The notes under the pieces: model-generated
Told to the model about the DNA's origin: nothing
The model's input: the letters and a program-made list of their open reading frames with translations, nothing else
Databases searched by the model: none
Part shown: positions 1 through 9,485 of the stretch, one piece after another
How positions within the stretch are numbered: the first letter of the stretch is position 1
Layout: each line of letters opens with the position of its first letter
Assembly: GCA_034430495.1 (NCBI GenBank)
Contig: DAOUEG010000115.1
Span: forward strand, 1 to 62,600
Direction of reading: 5' to 3'
DNA from: Dehalococcoidales bacterium
Lineage (GTDB): Bacteria > Chloroflexota > Dehalococcoidia > Dehalococcoidales > RBG-16-60-22
DNA length: 62,600 nt
Translations under genes and position numbers: made by a program

Positions 1-33
1 CATCCTGAGTCCGCCTGAGGCGGGCGAAGGATC
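1..33. repeat. REP-like palindromic unit, copy R1 (may be cut by window edge)
   Basis: Stem atcct(2-6)/aggat(28-32) encloses a TGAG...CGAA loop. The loop holds a nested hairpin ccgcc-tga-ggcgg. Same architecture as copies at 15128, 48025 and 53239. Confidence 0.6.
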
Positions 34-77
34 TCGGCCGGGTGGGGACGTTAGCTACGCCGGAGCATCCCCACTCC

Positions 78-122
78 GAGATTCTTCGGTCGCCCGCCTG
101 AGGCGAGCTCCCTCAGAATGAC
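78..122. repeat. REP-like palindromic unit, copy R2 (inverted relative to R1)
   Basis: Reverse complement reads gtcattctgagggagc-tcgcctcaggcggg-cgaccgaagaatctc. Stem attct(81-85)/agaat(115-119). About 75 percent identical by eye to the copy at 50582. Confidence 0.65.
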
Positions 123-140
123 TTTTTGGGGCAAAGCCCG

Positions 141-175
141 ACAAAAAGAAGGGGGCCCGTTTCCGGACCCCCTTC
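141..175 (-). terminator. Rho-independent terminator of dnaK
   Basis: Minus-strand RNA GAAGGGGGUCCG-GAAA-CGGGCCCCCUUC forms a 12-bp stem with a GNRA-type tetraloop, followed by UUUUUGU. It lies 22 nt after the dnaK stop. Confidence 0.85.
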
Positions 176-197
176 GGGATGGCTGAACGTGTGACGG

Positions 198-2123
<1,926 letters not shown>

Positions 2124-2654
2124 TTAGCTTTCCTCCTTAGCGTCCTCCTCACCGTTGCCCACGATGACGCGGGCCGGGCGGAGGAGCTTGTCATGCAACA
2201 TATAGCCTTTTTGAAATTCGCCCACCACGGTGCCCTCCGGGCCCTTGTCCTGGTGGACGGCCTCGTGGACGGTGGGGTCGAACGTCATGCCGAGCGAGAG
2301 GACCGGCTTCACGCCGATGCTCTCCAGCGTGGACCGGAACTTCTTGGCCACCAGGCGGGTGCCTTCCAGCCAGTCCTGGGCCTCGCCGTCCTCCGGGGCG
2401 TGGTCGAGGGCGCGTTCCAGGTCGTCGAGCACGGGCAGCAGCTTCCGCAGGAGCTCCGCGTTGGCGCTGAGGAGGAACTCCTTTCGCTCCTGCTCGGTGC
2501 GGCGCTTGTAGTTCATGAAATCGGCCTGGGTGCGCTGCCAGTTGGCGAGGTACTCCTCGGCCTTTTTCCGGTAATCGTTGACGGCTTCTTCCGGGGCGGC
2601 TTCCGCCTCTTCGGGAATGCCGTTATTCTCTGCTTCGTTCATCTCTGAAATCAT
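2124..2654 (-). CDS. grpE: Nucleotide exchange factor GrpE
   Basis: 176 aa directly upstream of dnaK. GrpE-like YKRRTEQE, LLPVLDDLERAL and GYMLHDKLLRPARV motifs. Confidence 0.95.
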   Translation of the reverse strand: MISEMNEAENNGIPEEAEAAPEEAVNDYRKKAEEYLANWQRTQADFMNYKRRTEQERKEFLLSANAELLRKLLPVLDDLERALDHAPEDGEAQDWLEGTRLVAKKFRSTLESIGVKPVLSLGMTFDPTVHEAVHQDKGPEGTVVGEFQKGYMLHDKLLRPARVIVGNGEEDAKEES

Positions 2655-2670
2655 GGGGCCTTGCTTCCTG

Positions 2671-3714
2671 TCAGGCGGTTTCCGTTTCGGCGGGGAAATC
2701 GCGGCCGTAGAGGCCCGCCACGAGCCGGTTGAGCACCGAGGCGAGGTAGTAGACGGCCGGGATGGTGTGGGAGTAGGGCATCCGGGTGGGGCCGACGACG
2801 GCGATGGTCCCGGTGGCTTCCTCCGGGAGGCCGTAGCGGGTCAGCACCACGGAGCAGTTCTGGATGGCGGTGTTCCGGTTCTCCTTGCCGATGACGACGT
2901 GGACGCCGGCGTCATGCGGGGAGTAGGGCAGGATGACCCTGAGCAGGCCGCGCTGCTCCACGAGCTCCATCAGGCTCTGCATCCGCTCGCTCTCGGCGAA
3001 CTCCGGCTGGTTGAGGATGAAGTGCCAGCCTTCCAGGATGGGCTCCTGGTACTCCTGGGTGTCCTCCGCCCGCATCATCTCCAGCACGAAGTCGGCCGCC
3101 TGCCGCTCCAGCGGGGAGAGCGCCGGCTTGAGGGCCCGTATCTGGCTGGTGGCGCGGCCACCGAAGAGGCTGTTGAGCTTGATATTGACCGGGGCCAGGG
3201 CCTCCTGGGTGACGGGTCCCGCGAAGGAGACGAGCTGCTGCTTGACCTTGGCGCCTTCCAGCACGGTGACGAGCAGGGCCCGCTCGTCCTGGACGGCGAT
3301 GAACTCGACGTGCTTGAGGTGGCAATCGGCCGTCTTGGGCAGGCTGACGAGGGCCACGTTGCGGGTCATCTGGGCGAGCAGGGAGGCGGTGAGGCTGACC
3401 CAGGACTCCACCTCGCGCTCCGCCTGGTGGAAGGTGTGGCTGATGAGCCGCTGTTCCTCGCTGGGGAGGTCGAGGGCGTTGATGGACTCCACGTAGTAGC
3501 GGTAGCCCTTGTCCGAGGGGATGCAGCCGGCCGACGTATGGGGGCGGATGAGGTAGCCCTCCCGCTCCAGGTAGGCCATGTCGTTGCGGATGGTGGCCGG
3601 GCTCACGCCGAGATTGGCGCGGTCCGCTATCTCCTGCGAGGGGACCGGGGCGACCCGCTCAATATACTGCCGGATGATATAGTTCAGTACCTTGCCGGCC
3701 CTGCCGGGAATCAT
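2671..3714 (-). CDS. hrcA: Heat-inducible transcription repressor HrcA
   Basis: 347 aa, first gene of hrcA-grpE-dnaK. N-terminal wHTH (VPSQEIA...SPATIRNDMAYLEREGYL). CIRCE operator lies upstream. Confidence 0.95.
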   Translation of the reverse strand: MIPGRAGKVLNYIIRQYIERVAPVPSQEIADRANLGVSPATIRNDMAYLEREGYLIRPHTSAGCIPSDKGYRYYVESINALDLPSEEQRLISHTFHQAEREVESWVSLTASLLAQMTRNVALVSLPKTADCHLKHVEFIAVQDERALLVTVLEGAKVKQQLVSFAGPVTQEALAPVNIKLNSLFGGRATSQIRALKPALSPLERQAADFVLEMMRAEDTQEYQEPILEGWHFILNQPEFAESERMQSLMELVEQRGLLRVILPYSPHDAGVHVVIGKENRNTAIQNCSVVLTRYGLPEEATGTIAVVGPTRMPYSHTIPAVYYLASVLNRLVAGLYGRDFPAETETA

Positions 3715-3731
3715 AGCTGCCGCCCTCCGAT

Positions 3732-3758
3732 TAGCAGTCTCCTCTGCCGACTGCTAAT
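3732..3758. promoter_or_regulatory. CIRCE operator (HrcA binding site)
   Basis: Perfect inverted repeat TTAGCAGTC-N9-GACTGCTAA. Consensus is TTAGCACTC-N9-GAGTGCTAA. It sits 18 nt upstream of the hrcA start. Confidence 0.9.
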
Positions 3759-3762
3759 TATA

Positions 3763-3791
3763 CTTTAGCACTTCGGGGCGCCCCTTGTCAA
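3763..3791 (-). promoter_or_regulatory. Sigma-70-type promoter of hrcA-grpE-dnaK
   Basis: Minus strand reads TTGACA-N18-TAAAGT, immediately upstream of CIRCE. Confidence 0.6.
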
Positions 3792-3860
3792 GGCAATTTG
3801 AACGTGTGCGGAGGGGCATTTTTCTTGATTAAACCGGCCCGTCCGTGCTAGTATGAAGAC

Positions 3861-4493
3861 GTGGATATCACGTGGCTGGGACACTCCTGTTTCCGTATCA
3901 AGGGCAGTCAGGCGGTCATCATTACCGACCCCGTCCCGGCCGAGACCGGCTATACCCTCGGCAAGCAGACGGCCGACATCGTCACCGTGAGCCACCCGCA
4001 CCCCTCCCACGCCTGGGTGGAGGGCGTCCAGGGCGACCCCAAGGTCATCAAGGGCCCGGGCGAGTACGAAATCAGTGGCGTGCTCGTCATCGGCGTCTCC
4101 ACCTACCATGACGCCGTCAAGGGCAACTCCCGCGGCAAGAACACCATGTACCTGATGGACATTGACGGCGTGGCGGTCTGCCACACCGGGGACCTCGGCC
4201 ACGTGCCGAGCGACGACCAGATAGAGGAAATGGGCAACGTGGACGTGCTGATGCTGCCGGTGGGCGGCGCCTCCACCATCAACGCCACGCTGGCCACCGA
4301 GGTGGTGCGCAAGATGGAGCCGCGCGTCGTGATCCCGATGCACTACAAGACGGAAAAGACGACCCGGGAGCTCGACGGCGTGGACCTCTTCCTCAAGGAG
4401 ATGGGGCAGAGCGGCATCGAGCCCAAGCCCCGCCTCTCCGTCACCCGCAACAACCTCCCCGCCAGCGCCCAGGTCTACGTCCTGACCGTCTAG
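3861..4493 (+). CDS. Metallo-beta-lactamase-fold hydrolase (UPF0173-like)
   Basis: 210 aa with a GTG start. MDITWLGHSCFRIKG...IITDP N-terminus and HxHxDH-like SHPHPSH motif. Confidence 0.8.
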   Translation: MDITWLGHSCFRIKGSQAVIITDPVPAETGYTLGKQTADIVTVSHPHPSHAWVEGVQGDPKVIKGPGEYEISGVLVIGVSTYHDAVKGNSRGKNTMYLMDIDGVAVCHTGDLGHVPSDDQIEEMGNVDVLMLPVGGASTINATLATEVVRKMEPRVVIPMHYKTEKTTRELDGVDLFLKEMGQSGIEPKPRLSVTRNNLPASAQVYVLTV

Positions 4494-5281
4494 CCGCCCC
4501 GCCCGTCCGCCAGGAACCCCGCCAGCAGCTCGTTGAAGGCGTCCGTGTCCGATTTGTGCGGCGCGTGGCCGGTGCCCGGCACGATTTCCAGCCTCGCCTG
4601 CGGGATGAGCCGCGCCGCCCGGCGGGCGTTGGCGACCGGCAGGTAGGGATCCCGGCGCTTCCAGACGATGAGGGTCGGCGCTTTCACCTTCGGCAGGTCC
4701 TCCACGCAGGCCCAGTCCGGGTCGTCGTCCTCGTGGGCGAGGAAGGTGGGGGCGGGCTGCGGGCGGTGGAGCCAGTCGCGGAGCCGGTTGAAGGCGGTCA
4801 CCAGAACGATGCCGAGCCACGAAGTCTTCCCCAGCCCGGCGGCGTCTATGAGCACGAGCTTGTCCACCAGGTCGGGCCGGTTGACGGCCACCCCGAGCGC
4901 CAGCCGCCCGCCGAAGGAATGGCCGACGAGGGAGGCCCGGCCGAGGCCGAGCGTCTCGATGAACTGCTCCAGGAAGGTGATGAACTCGGTGAGGTAGTAG
5001 CCGTCTTCCCGGCGCTCCGTTTCGCCGAAGCCGACGAGGTCCGGCGCGTAGAGGGTGAAGCGGTCGGCGAGGGCGGACAAGGTGCCGAGCCAGTCGCGGC
5101 GGTCCGAGGCGCCCCCGTGGACGAGCACCACGGCCGGCCCGGTCCCGGTCTGGTAGTAGCGGACGCGGTGGCCCATGACGAGGGTCTGGTTATCGGCTAT
5201 GGAAGAGGGCAGGGGTTCCGTTTTCGCCTCCGGTTGGCCGACCCCTGGACGATGCCGTATAATAGGGTAGCCCGCGACCAT
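4490..5281 (-). CDS. Alpha/beta-fold hydrolase
   Basis: VVLVHGG and GHSFGG nucleophile elbow, C-terminal GTGHAPH. The ORF-track start 5458 would overlap selD, so ATG 5281 was chosen. It has no clear SD, so the start is uncertain. Confidence 0.75.
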   Translation of the reverse strand: MVAGYPIIRHRPGVGQPEAKTEPLPSSIADNQTLVMGHRVRYYQTGTGPAVVLVHGGASDRRDWLGTLSALADRFTLYAPDLVGFGETERREDGYYLTEFITFLEQFIETLGLGRASLVGHSFGGRLALGVAVNRPDLVDKLVLIDAAGLGKTSWLGIVLVTAFNRLRDWLHRPQPAPTFLAHEDDDPDWACVEDLPKVKAPTLIVWKRRDPYLPVANARRAARLIPQARLEIVPGTGHAPHKSDTDAFNELLAGFLADGRGG

Positions 5282-5330
5282 TGTAGGGCATAGACGCGCG
5301 CCGGGACAAGCGCGGAGAGGAGGGGCCCGC

Positions 5331-6377
5331 ATGATAGCGCCACGCAAGCTGCGGCTGACCGAGACCGTCCACGGCTCCGGCTGAGCCTGCAAGATAGGTC
5401 CGGGCGACCTTGCCAAAGCGCTCGACGGCCTGCCGTTCCGGACGGACCCCAACCTCATCGCGGGGCCGGAGCGGGCGGAGGACGCCGGCGTCTATAAAAT
5501 CCGGGAGGACCTGGCGCTCGTCCAGACGGTGGACTTCTTCACGCCCATCGTGGACGACCCGTACGACTTCGGGCGTATCGCCGTGGCCAACTCCCTGAGC
5601 GATGTCTACGCCATGGGCGGCACGCCCCTGACGGCCATGAACGTCGTCTGCTTCCCCAAGGACAGCATGGACATCGAAGTACTGCGGGACGTGCTGCGGG
5701 GCGGGCTCGACGCCATGCACCAGGCCAGCGTCATCCTCGTCGGCGGGCACACCGTGGACGACCCGGAGCTCAAGTACGGCCTCTCGGTGACCGGCACCAT
5801 CCACCCGGACGAAGTCGTCCACAACCACGGCGCGCTCCCCGGCGACAAGCTCGTGCTGACCAAGCCCATCGGCACCGGCATCATCGGCACGGCCATCAAG
5901 CAGGGCACCGCCGGCGCCGACGCCATCAGGATGATTACCGATTCCATGACGGCCTTCAACGATGCCGCTTCCCGGGAGATGAAGCAGGCGGGCGCCCATG
6001 CCTGCACGGACATCACCGGCTTCGGGCTGCTGGGCCACGCCGCCGAGATGGTCGCCGGCGGCGACATCGGCTACCTCATCCGGGCGGCGGCGGTGCCGGT
6101 GTTCCAGCCGGCGGTGGCGCTCGTGGAGAAAGGCGTGGCCCCCGGCGGTCTGGGGCGGAACCGGGACTACCGCGGCGACATGGTGGTCATGGAGCCGACC
6201 GTGGCCGCGCCGATGCGGGAGCTGCTCTGGGACCCGCAGACCTCGGGCGGGCTGCTGGCGGCGGTGAGCGCGGATAAGGTGGAGGGGTTCGTGGCGGCGC
6301 TGCACCGGGCCGGGGTGAGGGCCGCCGTCATCGGGGAGGTTACCACGGAGCATCCGGGGCGTATACGGGTGGAATAA
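5331..6377 (+). CDS. selD: Selenide, water dikinase SelD, selenocysteine-containing (TGA 5382-5384 read as Sec)
   Basis: Same frame as track ORF 5529-6377. ATG 5331 follows SD-like GGAGAGGAGGGG. N-terminus ...TVHGSG-U-ACKIGPGDL aligns with the E. coli HGAGCGCK catalytic loop. A hairpin follows the UGA. Confidence 0.85.
5389..5413 (+). promoter_or_regulatory. SECIS-like stem-loop downstream of the selD UGA
   Basis: gcaa(5389-92)/ttgc(5410-13) plus ggtc(5397-5400)/gacc(5406-09), with a 4-nt bulge and apical loop CGGGC. The loop lies 17-21 nt after the UGA. Confidence 0.55.
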
Positions 6378-7027
6378 TGTGGCAGAAGTGGCTCAGGGCG
6401 CTGTGGCTGGCCATCGCCGACGCCTTCGACGACCTCTTCCTCTTCCCGACCTCGCTGGACCGCCAGAACGTCCGGCTCTGCGAGGCCATCGCGGCGCGCC
6501 TGCCGGTGCAGTTCTCCTACCGCGGCGGCGAGCGTACCGTGGAGCCGTTCTGCCTGGGGCTCGTCCACCGGGGCGGGCGGCGCAACATCTCCCTCCTCTG
6601 CTACCAGACGGGCGGCCACGCCGAGCTCGTCGGGGTGGAGGGGTGGAAGCTCTACCGCGCCCGGGAAATCCAGGACCTCGCCGTGGGGCGGGAACCGTTC
6701 GTCGGGGACCGCCCCGGCTACGACCCGGACGAAGTCCCCATGTACCGGGTCTACTGCCGGGCCGTCCCGGCGCGGAAGTGGTCCGGACCGGCGGCGCGGA
6801 GCATCGAGGAGCTGGTGCGCGGCGTTGACGACGAGGCGGTGCGGGAGAAGCTCCGCCTGACCCACGACGAGCTGATGCATATTTTCCGCCGCATGCACCC
6901 GGAGGCGGTACCGGACCTGGACGACCTCGGCGAGCTGGCGGAAAGGCCCCCCCAAAACGAGGAACCGGCGCCGCGTAACGTGGCACCGGCCCCGGACAAT
7001 CCCCTCCAGGAAAAACCTTCCGACTAG
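6377..7027 (+). CDS. Hypothetical protein (possible WYL-like beta-barrel domain)
   Basis: 216 aa of balanced composition. Its ATG overlaps the selD TAA by 1 nt. The segment VQFSYRGGERTVEPFCLGLV...GWKLYRAREI resembles WYL-type domains. Function unknown. Confidence 0.55.
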   Translation: MWQKWLRALWLAIADAFDDLFLFPTSLDRQNVRLCEAIAARLPVQFSYRGGERTVEPFCLGLVHRGGRRNISLLCYQTGGHAELVGVEGWKLYRAREIQDLAVGREPFVGDRPGYDPDEVPMYRVYCRAVPARKWSGPAARSIEELVRGVDDEAVREKLRLTHDELMHIFRRMHPEAVPDLDDLGELAERPPQNEEPAPRNVAPAPDNPLQEKPSD

Positions 7028-7377
7028 CGCAGCTGCGCCATCACCCTCTTCAGCAGTTCCTCGTCGTCGCGGACGCCGCGGACGTCCAGGTTGGTGCGGC
7101 GGAAGGCGCGGACCATGGCTTCGATTATCTTCGTCTTGCTCAGCTTGCGGCCGCCGCTGAACTTGGCGGTGGAGGCGAGCCCCTCCAGGTAGGCGTCCTC
7201 CTCCCGGTTGAGGAAGACGGACAGCTTGATCATGGCGGAGCGGGGCGGCTCCGCGGGCGGGGGCGGGGCCGTGTCCTCGGCGGGCGGGGTCTCCGGCGGG
7301 GCGGCCCGCTCCGAGCCGGTCAGCCGGTCGAGGGCCGTCCCGTAGGCGAGCTCCTCGGTAATCTTAGCGCGTTTCAT
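7024..7377 (-). CDS. Small ribbon-helix-helix-like protein, ParA partner candidate
   Basis: 117 aa. Overlaps the parA stop by 14 nt. Pro-rich linker, then a beta-alpha-alpha pattern IKLSVFLNREEDAYLEGLA...KTKIIEAMVRAF. Confidence 0.55.
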   Translation of the reverse strand: MKRAKITEELAYGTALDRLTGSERAAPPETPPAEDTAPPPPAEPPRSAMIKLSVFLNREEDAYLEGLASTAKFSGGRKLSKTKIIEAMVRAFRRTNLDVRGVRDDEELLKRVMAQLR

Positions 7378-8149
7378 GCATCACCTCCGCGGCAATTTGC
7401 CGGTACGCTGCCGCTCCGTCGGAGGTCGGGGCGTACGTCAGTATGGTCATCCCGGCGGCCGGCGCTTCCTTGAACCGGACGCTGACGGGAATGGTTATAT
7501 CGAAGACCCGTATCCGCTCCCCGAAGGCCCGCTTGGTGACCTCGATGACCTCGCGGGTGTGGAGGGTGCGGGTGTTGGTCATGGTGAAGAGGATGCCGAG
7601 GATCTCGAGGCGCGGGTTGAGGCGCTCCTGGACGCGGAGGATGGTCGTCAGAAGCTGGGCGAGGCCCTTCATGGCGAGGAAGTCCGCCTGCATGGGGATG
7701 AGGACGCTGTCCGAGGCGGCCAGGGCGTTGATGGTCAGCAGGCCGAGGCTGGGGAGGCAGTCAATCAGGACATAGTCGTAGTCCTCGCGGATGGGCTGGA
7801 GCATATCGCGGAGCATGAGCTCGCGGGTGAAGGCGGAGACGAGGTCGAGCTGGGCCTGGGAGAGCTCGATGTTGGCCGGGGCCAGGTCCACGCCGGGCAT
7901 ATCGGTAGGGATGGTGACCTCCCTGAGGGTGAGGCGGTTATCGCCGCGGATGGTGGAGGTGAGGACGTCGTAGACGGTCTGCTGGAGCTCGTCCGGGTTG
8001 ACGCCCATGCTGATGGTGAGGCTCGCCTGCGAGTCCCAGTCCACGAGCAGGACGCGCTGCTTCGCCTCGCTGAGCCCCTGGGCGAGGGCGGCGGCGGTGG
8101 TCGTCTTGCCGACGCCGCCTTTCTGGTTGACGATGCAGATGACCGGCAT
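7364..8149 (-). CDS. ParA/Soj-family partition ATPase
   Basis: Deviant Walker A at the N-terminus (MPVICIVNQKGGVGKTTT), with VLLVDWDSQ and IDCLPSLG. Start moved to ATG 8149, because the track extension reads through an AT-rich promoter region. Confidence 0.9.
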   Translation of the reverse strand: MPVICIVNQKGGVGKTTTAAALAQGLSEAKQRVLLVDWDSQASLTISMGVNPDELQQTVYDVLTSTIRGDNRLTLREVTIPTDMPGVDLAPANIELSQAQLDLVSAFTRELMLRDMLQPIREDYDYVLIDCLPSLGLLTINALAASDSVLIPMQADFLAMKGLAQLLTTILRVQERLNPRLEILGILFTMTNTRTLHTREVIEVTKRAFGERIRVFDITIPVSVRFKEAPAAGMTILTYAPTSDGAAAYRQIAAEVMHETR

Positions 8150-8171
8150 GATTGATACGGCTCTAGTATAC

Positions 8172-8181
8172 CGCAATTGCG
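8172..8181. promoter_or_regulatory. Perfect 10-bp palindrome, candidate operator in the parA promoter region
   Basis: CGCAATTGCG lies 23 nt upstream of the parA ATG and abuts a TATACT -10-like hexamer on the minus strand. Confidence 0.35.
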
Positions 8182-8292
8182 TAACTGCGTCTATCATCCC
8201 GAAAGGGGGCGACATCGCCGCCCGGTTGCCAAGCTGATAATTGAGAAAATTAAGAAATAGACAAAGAAAAATGAAAAAAGTTGAAAAAAGTA

Positions 8293-8321
8293 TTGACAAA
8301 GTTAAGACCCGGCCCTATAAT
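8293..8321 (+). promoter_or_regulatory. Consensus sigma-70 promoter for the DUF2089 operon
   Basis: TTGACA-N17-TATAAT is an exact consensus. Phased A-tracts and the tandem TGAAAAAAGT x2 (8272-8291) lie upstream, like an UP element. Confidence 0.75.
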
Positions 8322-8369
8322 GGTGGCAGAAAGAAAAGGAAGGCCGAGAAAAAACAGGGGACCGGAACC

Positions 8370-8735
8370 ATGACGAGAGAATGGCACGAACTGACCAAGA
8401 TGACCCAGGGGAAGGAGATCGTGGTGGAGCGGGTACGGGAAGTGGAGAGCGGCATCGCCATCGAGGGGAGCTTCGCGCTGCCGCCGCTGGCCAACCTCTC
8501 CGCGGAGGACCAGGTCTTCGTCATGGCGTTCGTCCGGTCCCACGGGTCCCTGAAGGACATGGAGAACCTGTTCGGCATCAGCTATCCCACGGTGAAGAAC
8601 CGTGTCAACCGCATCGCCCAGCAGCTCCAGTTCGTCGAGATCGTGGCGGGGCCGACCGAAGGTGATAACGTGGTCGGCGAGCTGGAGCGGGGCGAAATCA
8701 CGGTGGAGGAAGCTTTGAGGAGGTTGCAGAAATGA
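8370..8735 (+). CDS. DUF2089-family HTH protein lacking the N-terminal zinc ribbon
   Basis: 121 aa from ATG 8370. IEGSFALPPLANLSAEDQVFVMAFVRSHGSLKDMENLFGISYPTVKNRV matches the DUF2089 core. No CxxC pairs are present. Confidence 0.7.
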   Translation: MTREWHELTKMTQGKEIVVERVREVESGIAIEGSFALPPLANLSAEDQVFVMAFVRSHGSLKDMENLFGISYPTVKNRVNRIAQQLQFVEIVAGPTEGDNVVGELERGEITVEEALRRLQK

Positions 8736-9016
8736 ACCGACCGCCGCTTTGGCTGAATGTCCGTATCCGGGAGGAGGGCCGGCGCTTCGGGTGGTTTATC
8801 CCGCTGCCGCTGTTCCTGCTGGCCCCGGTCATCCTGGCCATTCTGCTCGTCCTCGTGCCGTTCATCCTCATCGGCGTGCTGCTGACCTGGGAGATGGGCT
8901 GGGGCAGGGTAGCCCTCAAGGGGCTGCTCGCCAGCTTCGGGCTCTTCTGGGCCATGCGCGGCCTGAAGGTGGACGTCCGGGGACGGCGACAAATCGTAAT
9001 GGTATCCGTAATCTAG
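8732..9016 (+). CDS. Small membrane protein (2 predicted TM helices)
   Basis: 94 aa with an ATGA overlap to the upstream gene. Hydrophobic stretches FIPLPLFLLAPVILAILLVLVPFILIGVLL and LLASFGLFWAM. Confidence 0.6.
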   Translation: MNRPPLWLNVRIREEGRRFGWFIPLPLFLLAPVILAILLVLVPFILIGVLLTWEMGWGRVALKGLLASFGLFWAMRGLKVDVRGRRQIVMVSVI

Positions 9017-9042
9017 GCGGAGGAAGTGAAGGAGGCAGTACC

Positions 9043-9477
9043 ATGAGCGACGCACGGAAGAGAATCCTGGAAATGCTGGCGGACAAGAAAATCAGCGCCG
9101 ACGAAGCCGACCGGCTCCTAGAGGCGCTAGGGAGCGGCGACAGCGGCGGGGGCCCGGTCCCGGTCGTGGAAGTGCCCCGGAAGGGCGCCGGGAAGTACCT
9201 GCGGGTCACCGTCACCCCCGGCGACGACCCGAAGAAGCATGACATCGTCAACGTGCGGGTGCCGATGTCCCTGATACGGGCGGGCATCAAACTGACGGCC
9301 CTCATACCGCAGCACGCGCAGGACAAGATTGACGAGGCCCTCAGGGACAAGGGCATCAACTTCGACATGCGGAGCATCAAGAAGGAAGACATGGAAGAAC
9401 TCATCGAGGCCCTGGCCGACATGGAGGTGAACGTGGACGGAGCGAGCGGGGAGAAGGTCAGGGTCTTCGTGGAGTAG
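9043..9477 (+). CDS. SHOCT-like domain protein
   Basis: 144 aa. Strong SD GGAGGAAGTGAAGGAGG. N-terminal KKISADEADRLLEAL is a SHOCT-type motif. Typical partner of DUF2089 genes. Confidence 0.65.
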   Translation: MSDARKRILEMLADKKISADEADRLLEALGSGDSGGGPVPVVEVPRKGAGKYLRVTVTPGDDPKKHDIVNVRVPMSLIRAGIKLTALIPQHAQDKIDEALRDKGINFDMRSIKKEDMEELIEALADMEVNVDGASGEKVRVFVE

Positions 9478-9485
9478 CCTGACGG

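Noticed and set aside
3766-3792. Possible second CIRCE element (TTAGCACTT...)
   Set aside because: Only the left half-site resembles CIRCE and the right arm (ccttgtcaa) is not complementary. The segment is better explained as the promoter spacer and -35 region.
5529-6377. SelD starting at the track ORF start (MDFFTPIV)
   Set aside because: This would delete the catalytic glycine-rich loop. The upstream in-frame sequence aligns with SelD through a TGA at the catalytic Cys/Sec position, so the longer Sec-containing model is preferred.
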